NCBI GenBank assembly: GCA_964580995.1 | Contig: CAZOMV010000001.1 | Coordinates: forward strand, 42,840 to 106,839 | DNA: 64,000 bases | Direction: 5' to 3' | Source of the DNA: an uncultured Pirellulales bacterium | Lineage (GTDB): Bacteria; Planctomycetota; Phycisphaerae; Sedimentisphaerales; SM23-30 | Shown here: positions 9,330-17,217 of the stretch, piece by piece | Position numbering within the stretch: position 1 is the first letter of the stretch | Layout: every line of letters starts with the position of its first letter | Notes under the pieces: generated by a model | Told to the model about the DNA's origin: nothing | Database searches by the model: none | What the model saw: only the letters and a program-made list of their open reading frames with translations | Position numbers and translations under genes: made by a program

Positions 9330-10442
9330 ATGAAAAAACTAATCCACGTGGCGGGTGCCCGCCCGAATTTTGTAAAGATTGCCAGTATCATCAAAGCCTG
9401 CCAGGCTCGCCCGGAGCTAGACAATCTGCTGGTTCATACCGGTCAGCATTACAGTCCCCAGATGAGCGATTCTTTCTTCTGCGACCTGGGCATCCCGCAG
9501 CCGGATATCAATCTGGAGGTTGGCTCCGGCTCGCACGCCCAGCAGACGGCGGAGATCATGAAGCGGTTCGAGCCGGTCCTGCTGGAGCATCAGCCGGACG
9601 CGGTGTTGGTGGTGGGCGATGTGAATTCCACCGTGGCGTGCGTCTTGACGGCGGTGAAGCTGGGGATCCAAACGATCCATGTCGAGGCGGGCCTGCGCAG
9701 CCATGACCGGACTATGCCCGAGGAAATCAACCGGGTCGTGACCGACGCCATCAGCGACATCCTGTTTGTGACCGAACAAAGCGGCCTCGATAATCTGGTG
9801 CGGGAAGGCGTCGCCAGAGAGAAGATTCACCTGGTGGGCAATGTGATGATCGATACGCTGCTTCAGAACCGGGCGAAAGCCGATCAATCCCGGATTCGGG
9901 AAACACTCGGCCTGACCCAGGGTGAATTTGCGGTGATTACCATGCACCGTCCCTCCAATGTCGATAATCACCAGGTGTTCGGCCGGATTCTCGATGCCTT
10001 TGAGGTCATCCAGCGGGACATGAAAATGGTCTTTCCGGTCCACCCCCGGACCCTCAAAAACATGCAGTCGAACGGACTCTATGCCCGGATCAAGAGCCTG
10101 CCCAACTTTGTGCTGGCCGAACCGCTGGGGTATCTGGATTTCCTGAAACTGATGGCGGACGCCAGTATCATTATTACCGATTCCGGCGGGATCCAGGAGG
10201 AATCCACCATCCTGGGTATCCCCTGCCTGACGGTCCGCGAGAATACCGAGCGGCCCGTTACCATTACCAGCGGGACCAATCAACTGGTCGGGGTCCAGCC
10301 GGAAAATATCCTTGCCGGCTATCGCAAGGCCCGTGCGGGAGAAATCCCGGCCCGGGTGCCGCCGCTCTGGGACGGCAAGGCGGCCGAGCGGATCGCGAGG
10401 ATCCTGGCGGATATGCCGGACCGCCATGTTGCCAAAGGATAA
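9330..10442 (+). CDS. wecB: UDP-N-acetylglucosamine 2-epimerase (non-hydrolysing)
   Basis: Full-length match by eye: HVAGARPNFVKIA, HTGQHY, VHVEAGLRS, TDSGGIQEE. Confidence 0.92.
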   Translation: MKKLIHVAGARPNFVKIASIIKACQARPELDNLLVHTGQHYSPQMSDSFFCDLGIPQPDINLEVGSGSHAQQTAEIMKRFEPVLLEHQPDAVLVVGDVNSTVACVLTAVKLGIQTIHVEAGLRSHDRTMPEEINRVVTDAISDILFVTEQSGLDNLVREGVAREKIHLVGNVMIDTLLQNRAKADQSRIRETLGLTQGEFAVITMHRPSNVDNHQVFGRILDAFEVIQRDMKMVFPVHPRTLKNMQSNGLYARIKSLPNFVLAEPLGYLDFLKLMADASIIITDSGGIQEESTILGIPCLTVRENTERPVTITSGTNQLVGVQPENILAGYRKARAGEIPARVPPLWDGKAAERIARILADMPDRHVAKG

Positions 10443-10478
10443 ATAAGACGCCAGCGTCAAAAGCTCGTCGTCCCCTTG

Positions 10479-10745
10479 TTATCTATCCAAGATATTCATG
10501 CCCTTGAGAGGCATGGTGCCATGATGGACCGCATAGTGACATTCCCGGCAGAGTGTCAGAAGGTTATTTTCCGTATTATCTCCTCCCTGTGATCTAGGCT
10601 TAATGTGATGCATCTGGAGATGACGGTGGCTGCCGCAGAGCTGGCAGGTGAATTCATCCCGCCAGAGGATTTCGATCATAATCTCCTTCTGACGCCAGCG
10701 ATACTGGGTAGGATCGGTGTTCCGGAATGTCTTGTGTCTTCTCAT
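10479..10745 (-). CDS. HNH endonuclease
   Basis: 88 aa with CQLCG...HHIKPRSQGGDNTENNLLTLCRECHYAVHH. 4-nt overlap with the upstream ORF. Confidence 0.85.
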   Translation of the reverse strand: MRRHKTFRNTDPTQYRWRQKEIMIEILWRDEFTCQLCGSHRHLQMHHIKPRSQGGDNTENNLLTLCRECHYAVHHGTMPLKGMNILDR

Positions 10746-11344
10746 GGGCGAGCCTTGGTGGATGGATCCAATCCGATCCCAGCCAGATAATCGGCCGCGA
10801 TCAGCTCGATGGCGTAGGTTTCACTTTCGGAATCTGTCTCCAGGTTGACGGCCTTGATGGCTTGGTTGATGACTACCCACTGGGAAGGAGAAAAAAACCA
10901 TACTTTGCGTATGGTCTGGGCTTCCGGATCGGCTGGTTGCCCCAGCGCTATGGCAACTTGTCTTTTGACTTCTTTGAGCGGCAGATCCTCCTGAATGGTC
11001 TTTGAGACGAGCCTCTTGGCCTGCTCGGCATTGTCCAAACGAAAAATCTCCAGCCCCTTGGAAATATCGAGCTTGGCGACCTTCTGGGCAGGGATGTTGA
11101 ATTTTTTGGCCTTGCGGACCATGCAGATCAGATAATTGGCCCAGCGCGGACTGACCCCCAGGCGGTCTTCCACATAGCGTTGGAAGTTAGGAAATCCCAA
11201 CTCCCGATAGGCCAGAGACAACTGGATTTCGGAGAGCACCTGGCCCATCTGGAGCCAGTTACGACAAACCTGGTCTTTGATACGCATGACTTCCTGGTCC
11301 AGTTTCCGGGCTTGTTCTGAAGGTTGAGGTGGTTTGGCTGACAT
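10742..11344 (-). CDS. Hypothetical HTH protein (DUF3102/ParB-HTH-like by eye), phage/plasmid-type
   Basis: 200 aa. An N-terminal coiled segment is followed by W-x-MGQVL...GF-x-FQRYVEDRLGVSPRWANYLICMV. The assignment is tentative. Confidence 0.4.
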   Translation of the reverse strand: MSAKPPQPSEQARKLDQEVMRIKDQVCRNWLQMGQVLSEIQLSLAYRELGFPNFQRYVEDRLGVSPRWANYLICMVRKAKKFNIPAQKVAKLDISKGLEIFRLDNAEQAKRLVSKTIQEDLPLKEVKRQVAIALGQPADPEAQTIRKVWFFSPSQWVVINQAIKAVNLETDSESETYAIELIAADYLAGIGLDPSTKARP

Positions 11345-11386
11345 TTTCCATCGGTCTCATAAAAGGGAATTATCGCATGGGCTGTT

Positions 11387-12157
11387 TTAGGTGGCCATTG
11401 CGGTTGTCGGTTCGGTGGCCTGTTCGGCATCGAAGGTCTGTTGGATGTCCGCGAGTCCGTAGCGACGCAGAAGGCCTTTGAGTTGGCGGTGCCGTGCCGA
11501 GGTTTTGGAGATCCACTGTGGATCGCTGAAACGGGCCACGTAGTACGCAAAGCTTCGCCCCTGGAAGAGTTGCGAGGACAATGTGATGCTGCAGTCGAAC
11601 AGGTCATTCTTGCCGGCGTTGATGACCTCCTGGCACATGGAAAGGAACTGACGGGCCGAGCGCAGGGAGTGGCCCTTGAGGCTGATCCAGAACGGCAATT
11701 CATCTTCTTCCAGAATGCCCAGAAAGCTCCAGGTCTCCTGGCACAAGGGCGAACAACGGCGGCCGTCATAGAACCGCCAGGCCGCCAGCGGGCATTCGGG
11801 AACGAACCAGCCGTCACTGTTCCAGTGACCACAGGTTTCCGCCTTGGGCTTTTCGATGATATCCATGGGCCGGCGGCCATCATTGCTCTTGCAGGCAGGC
11901 AAAATGTCCTGGCCGTCTTCGAAGTAGACCCGTCCCCGCCGCCACAGGAGGATGTTGGCCCGGAGGCTCTGGTATTCCTGGCCGGAAAAGGTATTGCGGA
12001 AGAAGCCCGGCTGCAGGCCCAGCCGGCTGTTGGGCTGATTAAGCATAAAACGCCGGATGACTAGGTCACTTTCGTGCAATCGGTCGCCAGATGCCTTGCT
12101 CTTCATGGTTTTCTGTCCGTTATTTTTGGGTGACTGGTTCTTGTTTGGCTTTTTCAT
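11387..12157 (-). CDS. Hypothetical Cys-rich protein (no family recognised)
   Basis: 256-aa ORF in an operon between the nuclease and the HTH gene, with 8 Cys clustered in the central region. Overlapping ORFs on other frames are judged spurious. Confidence 0.5.
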   Translation of the reverse strand: MKKPNKNQSPKNNGQKTMKSKASGDRLHESDLVIRRFMLNQPNSRLGLQPGFFRNTFSGQEYQSLRANILLWRRGRVYFEDGQDILPACKSNDGRRPMDIIEKPKAETCGHWNSDGWFVPECPLAAWRFYDGRRCSPLCQETWSFLGILEEDELPFWISLKGHSLRSARQFLSMCQEVINAGKNDLFDCSITLSSQLFQGRSFAYYVARFSDPQWISKTSARHRQLKGLLRRYGLADIQQTFDAEQATEPTTAMAT

Positions 12158-12217
12158 GGTTTTGCTCGCTTTCTTTTTGTCTTGGTTTACAACATGTTTC
12201 CTGGAAAGTTGCGTACT

Positions 12218-13132
12218 TTAAACGACCTTTTTGAGTGCCGGTGTCGGCAGATTCTCCTGTTTGACCCTGAAATTGGTGCCGCAGGCGTATCTGTACGGAC
12301 ACGCCTCGCAGCCGCCGTACAGCGACGACGGGTTCCAGAAAAATCCGCCCGCCCGGATGGCGGCAATGATGCGGGCTATGGCCTGGGCACCTTCCACCAG
12401 GTGATCACTGGTGACCGGGATGCAAATCCGAGGATCGCCGCGTAGATCGCCGGCTTGATATTTGCTGCCGTCGCCGTGCCGACCGGCTCGCTTGTAGGGA
12501 ATCAGATTGACAAGCTTGTACAGCACGCAGTTTTGCAGGTAGCCCGGCAGGATGTCTTTGGCCGGCCGCCATTGGTCATCTACGAAGACCTCCCCGGTTA
12601 CGGCACACCAGCAGTACAGGCAGAGTTGAATGTTTCGTTGGAGGCTGGACAGCGCTGGCAAGGTGGCGCTGGTTTTGAATTCATAGATCTCATACCCGCT
12701 CCCGTCGGCGGCAGGCCGAACCTGGTCAATGATGCCCTCGACGGTGTACTCGCGGCCTGAGCGGCTGCGGAGGACACCCCGGACGGGCAGTTCGGCAAAA
12801 AGGATGCTGGATTCATGCTCCTTCTCGACGTAGTTTTCCATGGCCATACGCCAGTCCTGGTATTCCCGGTCGATCTCCTCGGTTGTGGCGTTAATGGGTG
12901 GGCCGGTGCGGCTGATTTCCTCGGTCCAGATATCCTCGAACAGCAACTGCCAGCTATTCCAGAGTCCTTCTTCGTGGAGGCAACGGATGATGCGGTGGAT
13001 GGCGGCACCGCGGGTTTGGCTGAGGCTGCGGAACTGGGGTTCGGTCCCCTGGAGTTTCAGCAGCAGGGCCTGGGGACAGGCCAGATAGTCATTGATTTGC
13101 GATTGACGGTAAGGGCCTTCGAGTCGTACCAT
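12218..13132 (-). CDS. PD-(D/E)XK nuclease, Cas4/RecB-like with C-terminal Fe-S cysteine cluster
   Basis: Motifs GIIDQV, EIYEFKT (D...ExK), QLCLYCW (QxxxY) and CEACPYRYAC (CX2CX5C), plus an N-terminal Cys (YLACPQ). I prefer the ATG at 13132, preceded by AAGGAGA, over the TTG at 13195. Confidence 0.75.
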   Translation of the reverse strand: MVRLEGPYRQSQINDYLACPQALLLKLQGTEPQFRSLSQTRGAAIHRIIRCLHEEGLWNSWQLLFEDIWTEEISRTGPPINATTEEIDREYQDWRMAMENYVEKEHESSILFAELPVRGVLRSRSGREYTVEGIIDQVRPAADGSGYEIYEFKTSATLPALSSLQRNIQLCLYCWCAVTGEVFVDDQWRPAKDILPGYLQNCVLYKLVNLIPYKRAGRHGDGSKYQAGDLRGDPRICIPVTSDHLVEGAQAIARIIAAIRAGGFFWNPSSLYGGCEACPYRYACGTNFRVKQENLPTPALKKVV

Positions 13133-13325
13133 AATAATTCTCCTTTTCTTTTCGACTGCAAAGTTTGCAATTGACGTTTCATAAATCCTTGACAATAAAA
13201 CATTTAAAAATTAAACGAATATGCTTTTTCCAATGGAGCCTGAAGCATTTTGCTGAAATAGAAAGTCAAATATTCTCACAATTTTTTCCTTCAAAAATCA
13301 GTAGCTAAAAATAACTGACATATTA

Positions 13326-13353
13326 AATATATACTGTGAGTTACATTTGTCAA
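13326..13353 (-). promoter_or_regulatory. Candidate sigma70 promoter for the nuclease operon (TTGACA-16-TATATT)
   Basis: On the minus strand, TTGACA lies at 13353-13348 and TATATT at 13331-13326, within an AT-rich divergent intergenic region. Confidence 0.35.
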
Positions 13354-13389
13354 ATAAAAAATGTTAAAAATAATTACTTTTTGATATTA

Positions 13390-13418
13390 TTGACTTATCC
13401 GTCGTTATAGGCTACATT
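13390..13418 (+). promoter_or_regulatory. Candidate sigma70 promoter for the repressor gene (TTGACT-17-TACATT)
   Basis: TTGACT at 13390-13395 and TACATT at 13413-13418. The -10 element overlaps the palindrome TACATttaacATGTA (13413-13427). Confidence 0.4.
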
Positions 13419-13458
13419 TAACATGTACTTCTCATAACCCGGTGACAGGAGATTACCA

Positions 13459-14085
13459 ATCAAGGATGAGCTATCCGAAAATCTGAAGAGGCTCAGGAAG
13501 TATAAAGGCCTCACCCAAAACGACTTGGCTGACCAAGTTGGCTGCACCCGTGCTTATATTAGTCGCTTGGAAAGTGGCGATTGCGCGGCATCGATGTCCG
13601 TTTTGGAAAAGCTCTCTGAGGTTCTGGAAGTATCTTTTCCGGAATTGTTTGGTCCCTCCGAGGCTAGTTCAAGTTTGACCGGAGATTCGGCAAAGACGGT
13701 CATTCTCAATGATCCTGCCTTGCCCAGTTTGGTTTCCCCTCTTAACAGGGAAGCAGGTCGCGATGGTTTCCAGATGCCCAGCCTCCAGGCCCGTGATTCC
13801 TTTGCTCTCTATCTGCCGGACGACTCGATGGCCCCGGAGTTTGCCCGGGGTGATTTGGTGGTTTTTTCCCACAGCCGCTCGCCGGCCGATGGGGACGCCT
13901 GCCTGGTCGAGGATGGCCAGGGGCAGATTCTCTTTCGCACCGTATGGGCCTTGCCGGGAGGGGGCTGGGGCCTTAAGGCCAGCCATCCCCGGTATGAGCC
14001 GCTGGTGGTCAAGGGCAAAGGCGTAAAGCTCTGGCCGGCAATAGGGCATTGGCGGAAGCTGGGAGAAAAACGCCGGCGGTCATAA
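13459..14085 (+). CDS. XRE-HTH + S24 peptidase (LexA/CI-like) repressor; start codon unresolved or frameshifted
   Basis: The HTH (LSENLKRLRKYKGLTQNDLADQVGCTRAYISRLESG) begins upstream of the first in-frame TTG (13525). S24 motifs are present: LPDDSMAPEFARGDLVVF and a downstream Lys. No ATG, GTG or TTG lies in frame between the stop at 13435 and the HTH. Confidence 0.75.
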   Translation: MKDELSENLKRLRKYKGLTQNDLADQVGCTRAYISRLESGDCAASMSVLEKLSEVLEVSFPELFGPSEASSSLTGDSAKTVILNDPALPSLVSPLNREAGRDGFQMPSLQARDSFALYLPDDSMAPEFARGDLVVFSHSRSPADGDACLVEDGQGQILFRTVWALPGGGWGLKASHPRYEPLVVKGKGVKLWPAIGHWRKLGEKRRRS

Positions 14086-14291
14086 GTCTCAGACGAAAAA
14101 AAGGATACAGCATCCAAACCGCAGGACTCGGTTAATTTTTTTGCAATAAAAATTATTTCTCTTATTACGATCTGGCTTGCCAGTTTATAATAGATAATAG
14201 AGAAGTTTTTTCGGTCGGCGAACGGACGAAGCGGAAATCTTGGGATCGGGATAGGTGGTTACGCCGGCGCTAAGGAAAAGGAGTAGCACGA

Positions 14292-14834
14292 ATGATTTCG
14301 GAAAGGCAATTGAAAGCAAACCGGAGCAATGCGATGGCGTCCACGGGCCCGAAAACCGCATCCGGCAAAGAGAAGGTCTCTCAAAACGCCCGCAAGCACG
14401 GCCTGCTGTCCCAGCATGTCGTCATCTGTGATGAAAGCCAGGCCCAGTTTAACCGCTTTCGCCAGGAGCTGCTCGACCAACTGGAGCCGGTCGGGTCCCT
14501 GGAGGAAGTCCTGGCCGACCGGCTTGCCGCTTCTGTCTGGCGGCTCCATCGGGTCGGGCGCATTGAGGTGGAATTGTTGCAGGATATTTATTTGAGCGAA
14601 ATCAGGTCCGGAAGCGATAAAGACTCTGAGCTCCCCACCTTGGGCGAAGCGATACGTTCCGATTTGGTTAATCAGAGCACGCTGTCCAAGTTTCATCGGT
14701 ATGAAGCCCATATCGAACGAGGTCTTTTCCGCACTCTGCACGAGCTGCAGCGGCTCCAGGCCGCCCGCAAGGGCCAGCCGGTAACGGCGCCCGCAGTCCT
14801 CGATATCGATGTCACGGGCATACCGGAAGAGTAA
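14292..14834 (+). CDS. Conserved hypothetical protein (N-terminal ANRxNAxxSTGPKTxxGKxxxSxNAxKHGL motif)
   Basis: 180 aa with a GGAG SD upstream. I recall the N-terminal motif from uncharacterised proteins of several soil and aquatic phyla. The equal-length antisense ORF is judged spurious. Confidence 0.5.
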   Translation: MISERQLKANRSNAMASTGPKTASGKEKVSQNARKHGLLSQHVVICDESQAQFNRFRQELLDQLEPVGSLEEVLADRLAASVWRLHRVGRIEVELLQDIYLSEIRSGSDKDSELPTLGEAIRSDLVNQSTLSKFHRYEAHIERGLFRTLHELQRLQAARKGQPVTAPAVLDIDVTGIPEE

Positions 14835-15110
14835 AGAAATATTCATAAATATTTGATAATAAATTACTTATATTGACTTTGGAAGCTAGAGATAGGTGGC
14901 AGGTCTTTTCCGATTCAAGGTACGAGCGCCGTTTTACCCGCTGGTAAAAACAGGTGGTTTCCGGTGTGGATAACCAGCCACCACAGCGATGGACGCCGAT
15001 CCAAAAATTACCAAACAAACCCATTTGCGAAGTCAGGTATTCTTCTGTTGTCTGACACCGTAGATTACCGAGAACAGAACTTATCACACATCGGGTACTA
15101 CTTGTAAAAG

Positions 15111-17147
15111 ATGGCTCATCAATCCCATAATATTACGAATATCCAGGCGATCATCCTGGCCGGCCGGTCGGATTTCGGGCGGCGGCCTTTGCCGTCGCGG
15201 TTACCGCCGGCCCTGTGGCCGGTAGGGGGGCAGCCGGTCTTGGAGCGGCTGCTGCGGCATCTGGACTGCTGCGGGATCAGGCAGATCTCGATCTGCGGCA
15301 ACAGCGACGGGGCTATCCTGCGTCAGGCGGTAGAACGCATGGATGGGATCCGGGCGGCAGTGCGGTTTTCGCCGGAAATTTTGCCGCTGGGGCCGGCCGG
15401 TGTGATCGTCCGGACCGTTCAGCAGGCCCCGCATTCCCTGATCCTGCTGTGCAATGCCTGTACGGCCTGTCCGCCGGACCTGCGTTTTCTCATACAGGAG
15501 CATCAAAAGGCCCGAGCGGCCATGACTGTGGCCCTTAACCCCAAAGCCGCTGTCCTTAGTTCAACCGAGGCCGCCGATCTCTATCTGCTGGAACCGACGG
15601 TCCTGGAACAGATCCCCCGGGCCGGTTACTGTGATATTAAGGAAACCTTGATCCCGGCCCTGCTGCGGGCCGGCAAAACCGTACATGCCGTCCGGCTCCC
15701 CCAGCCGGTCGGCAATTTCCGCACCTGGTCCGGCTACCTGCGGGCTATGGCGGATTATCTGGAACAGCACCAACCCGACCAACCCGGCCAACCCGACCAA
15801 CCCGACCGGCCCGGCAAAAACTTCTCCGCCCCCCAGTCCCAAGCTCGCGATGGGGTCTGGGTCAGTCCGCGGGCGGAAGTCCATCCCAGTGCCCGGCTGT
15901 ACGGACCGGTTCTGGTCATGGAGGGTGCAATGGTCGCGGCCGACGCGGTCCTGGTCGGCCCGTGTATCCTCGAAAAAAATGCCGCCGTTGGTCCCGGCAG
16001 CCTGCTAACCGGCAGTGTGCTCTGGCCGGAGGCCCGGATCGGCAGCGGCTCTCAGGTGCGGGACTGTGTCGTGGAACACCAGGCGGTAGTGCCGGATGGA
16101 AAAATTCGGGAGGAACAAATGGTACAAGTAGAGCGAAAAGGTGTTTTACCCCAATGGATCAACCGGGCGGCCGAAAATATGAATAAAAAGATAAACAAGA
16201 TTTTCTCGCTGCCGCCGGAGGTAAAAGACGCAAAGGGTCTGAAACCACTGTACGGGATTCCATCGGGTGCGTTCAGCCGTTCCCGCTGGCCCCTCCTTTG
16301 GGTGGTTCCGGTCCTGCTGGCCTTTCTGTGGTCCCACTGGCCGACCCTGACGGACCTCTGGAAAATCTGGATGCAGAGCGATGAGTATTCCTGCGGACTG
16401 CTGGTCCCCTTCATGGCTATTTATATCGTCTGGTCCCGGCGGGGCCAGTTGGCCCAGTGTCTCTCCCATCCTTCCTGGTGGGGCTTGGCGGCCTTCCTGG
16501 CTGCCCAAAGCCTGCGGTATTTTGGCTTGTTTTTCATGTACGGTTCCGCGGAGCGGCTTTCCCTGGTGGCCAGTATCGCCGCCCTGGTGTGGTTCCTGTT
16601 CGGCGGGGCGGTATTCCGTAAATTGATTCCCATATTTATCTTTCTGGGCCTGATGCTGCCCTTACCCAAAACGCTGGAGGCCGCCATCACTATGCCTTTG
16701 CAGAGTATGGCCACCACCTCCGCGGGCTTCTGTCTGGAAATGATCGGCTATGATATCCGGATCGAAGGCAACATCATCCATCTGGGCCAGACCACCGTGG
16801 CGGTGGCGGAAGCCTGCAACGGCCTGCGGATGGTCACCTCCTTCTTCGTGATCAGCGGGCTGGTAATCCTGCTGGTGAACCGCCGCTGGTGGGAGAAAGG
16901 GATCCTGCTGCTCTCGGTTCTGCCGATCGCCCTGTTATGTAATACGATTCGTCTGGCGATTACCTCCATCGCCTTTACCATACTCAAGGGGGAAAAATGG
17001 GAACAACTGTTTCATGATTTCGGGGGCTATGCCATGATGCCGCTGGCGCTGGCGCTGGTGGTTCTGGAATTGTGGATACTCAAAAAAATCTTTACCGTGC
17101 CTGATGAAGAAACCAATCAGGAAATCCTGATTACCTCTGCCAGGTAA
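15111..17147 (+). CDS. Fusion protein: nucleotidyltransferase-like + left-handed beta-helix N-terminal module, C-terminal exosortase (EpsH/Xrt family)
   Basis: The C-terminal roughly 290 aa carry exosortase hallmarks: DEYSCGLLVP, AVAEACNGLRM (Cys-x-G-x-R), LCNTIRLA and FHDFGGYAMM, with multiple TM segments. The N-terminal roughly 380 aa resemble sugar-1-P nucleotidyltransferase (IILAGRSDFGRRPL...) followed by hexapeptide repeats. It is a single uninterrupted frame. Confidence 0.8.
   Translation: MAHQSHNITNIQAIILAGRSDFGRRPLPSRLPPALWPVGGQPVLERLLRHLDCCGIRQISICGNSDGAILRQAVERMDGIRAAVRFSPEILPLGPAGVIVRTVQQAPHSLILLCNACTACPPDLRFLIQEHQKARAAMTVALNPKAAVLSSTEAADLYLLEPTVLEQIPRAGYCDIKETLIPALLRAGKTVHAVRLPQPVGNFRTWSGYLRAMADYLEQHQPDQPGQPDQPDRPGKNFSAPQSQARDGVWVSPRAEVHPSARLYGPVLVMEGAMVAADAVLVGPCILEKNAAVGPGSLLTGSVLWPEARIGSGSQVRDCVVEHQAVVPDGKIREEQMVQVERKGVLPQWINRAAENMNKKINKIFSLPPEVKDAKGLKPLYGIPSGAFSRSRWPLLWVVPVLLAFLWSHWPTLTDLWKIWMQSDEYSCGLLVPFMAIYIVWSRRGQLAQCLSHPSWWGLAAFLAAQSLRYFGLFFMYGSAERLSLVASIAALVWFLFGGAVFRKLIPIFIFLGLMLPLPKTLEAAITMPLQSMATTSAGFCLEMIGYDIRIEGNIIHLGQTTVAVAEACNGLRMVTSFFVISGLVILLVNRRWWEKGILLLSVLPIALLCNTIRLAITSIAFTILKGEKWEQLFHDFGGYAMMPLALALVVLELWILKKIFTVPDEETNQEILITSAR
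15771..15815 (+). repeat. 9-nt tandem repeat (caacccgac x about 5) encoding a QPDQPGQPDQPDRPG linker
   Basis: Read directly from the sequence. It lies between the nucleotidyltransferase-like and LbH parts. Confidence 0.9.
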
Positions 17148-17148
17148 A

Positions 17149-17176
17149 TAACCTCCATTTTGCAAAACCTTACTAA
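17149..17176. repeat. Copy 1 of conserved motif with palindromic TTTTGCAAAA core
   Basis: taacctccaTTTTGCAAAAccttactaa lies between the exosortase stop and the BY-kinase start. Confidence 0.6.
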
Positions 17177-17217
17177 TTCATTCAGATCAGGAACTATTGA
17201 AAGGGAGAAATAAAACC

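Noticed and set aside
9417-10460. 347-aa ORF antisense to wecB
   Set aside because: It overlaps almost the whole of a clearly recognisable wecB on the other strand. Its product is R/G/P/H/D-rich low complexity, typical of antisense frames in GC-rich DNA.
11128-12064. 251-aa (minus) and 207-aa (plus) ORFs overlapping the 256-aa Cys-rich gene
   Set aside because: Both are alternative or antisense frames with biased R/P/A/G composition. The chosen frame has balanced composition and fits the operon spacing. The choice is by eye only and rests on no homology.
14259-14846. 195-aa ORF antisense to the 180-aa conserved hypothetical
   Set aside because: The plus-strand frame has an SD and a motif I recognise. 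The antisense frame has neither. I kept only the plus-strand call.
10443-15110. Integrase and att direct repeats delimiting the phage-like cassette
   Set aside because: I compared the flanks by eye (10443-10478 against 14835-15110). The only match was a 7-nt stretch (ggacgcc), which is not significant. No recombinase gene is present, so I do not call it a mobile element.
14835-15110. Possible c-di-GMP or other riboswitch upstream of the exosortase gene
   Set aside because: The region has a GGTGG...CCACC stem but none of the conserved GEMM-I/II features I can recall. There is no basis for a call without an Rfam scan.
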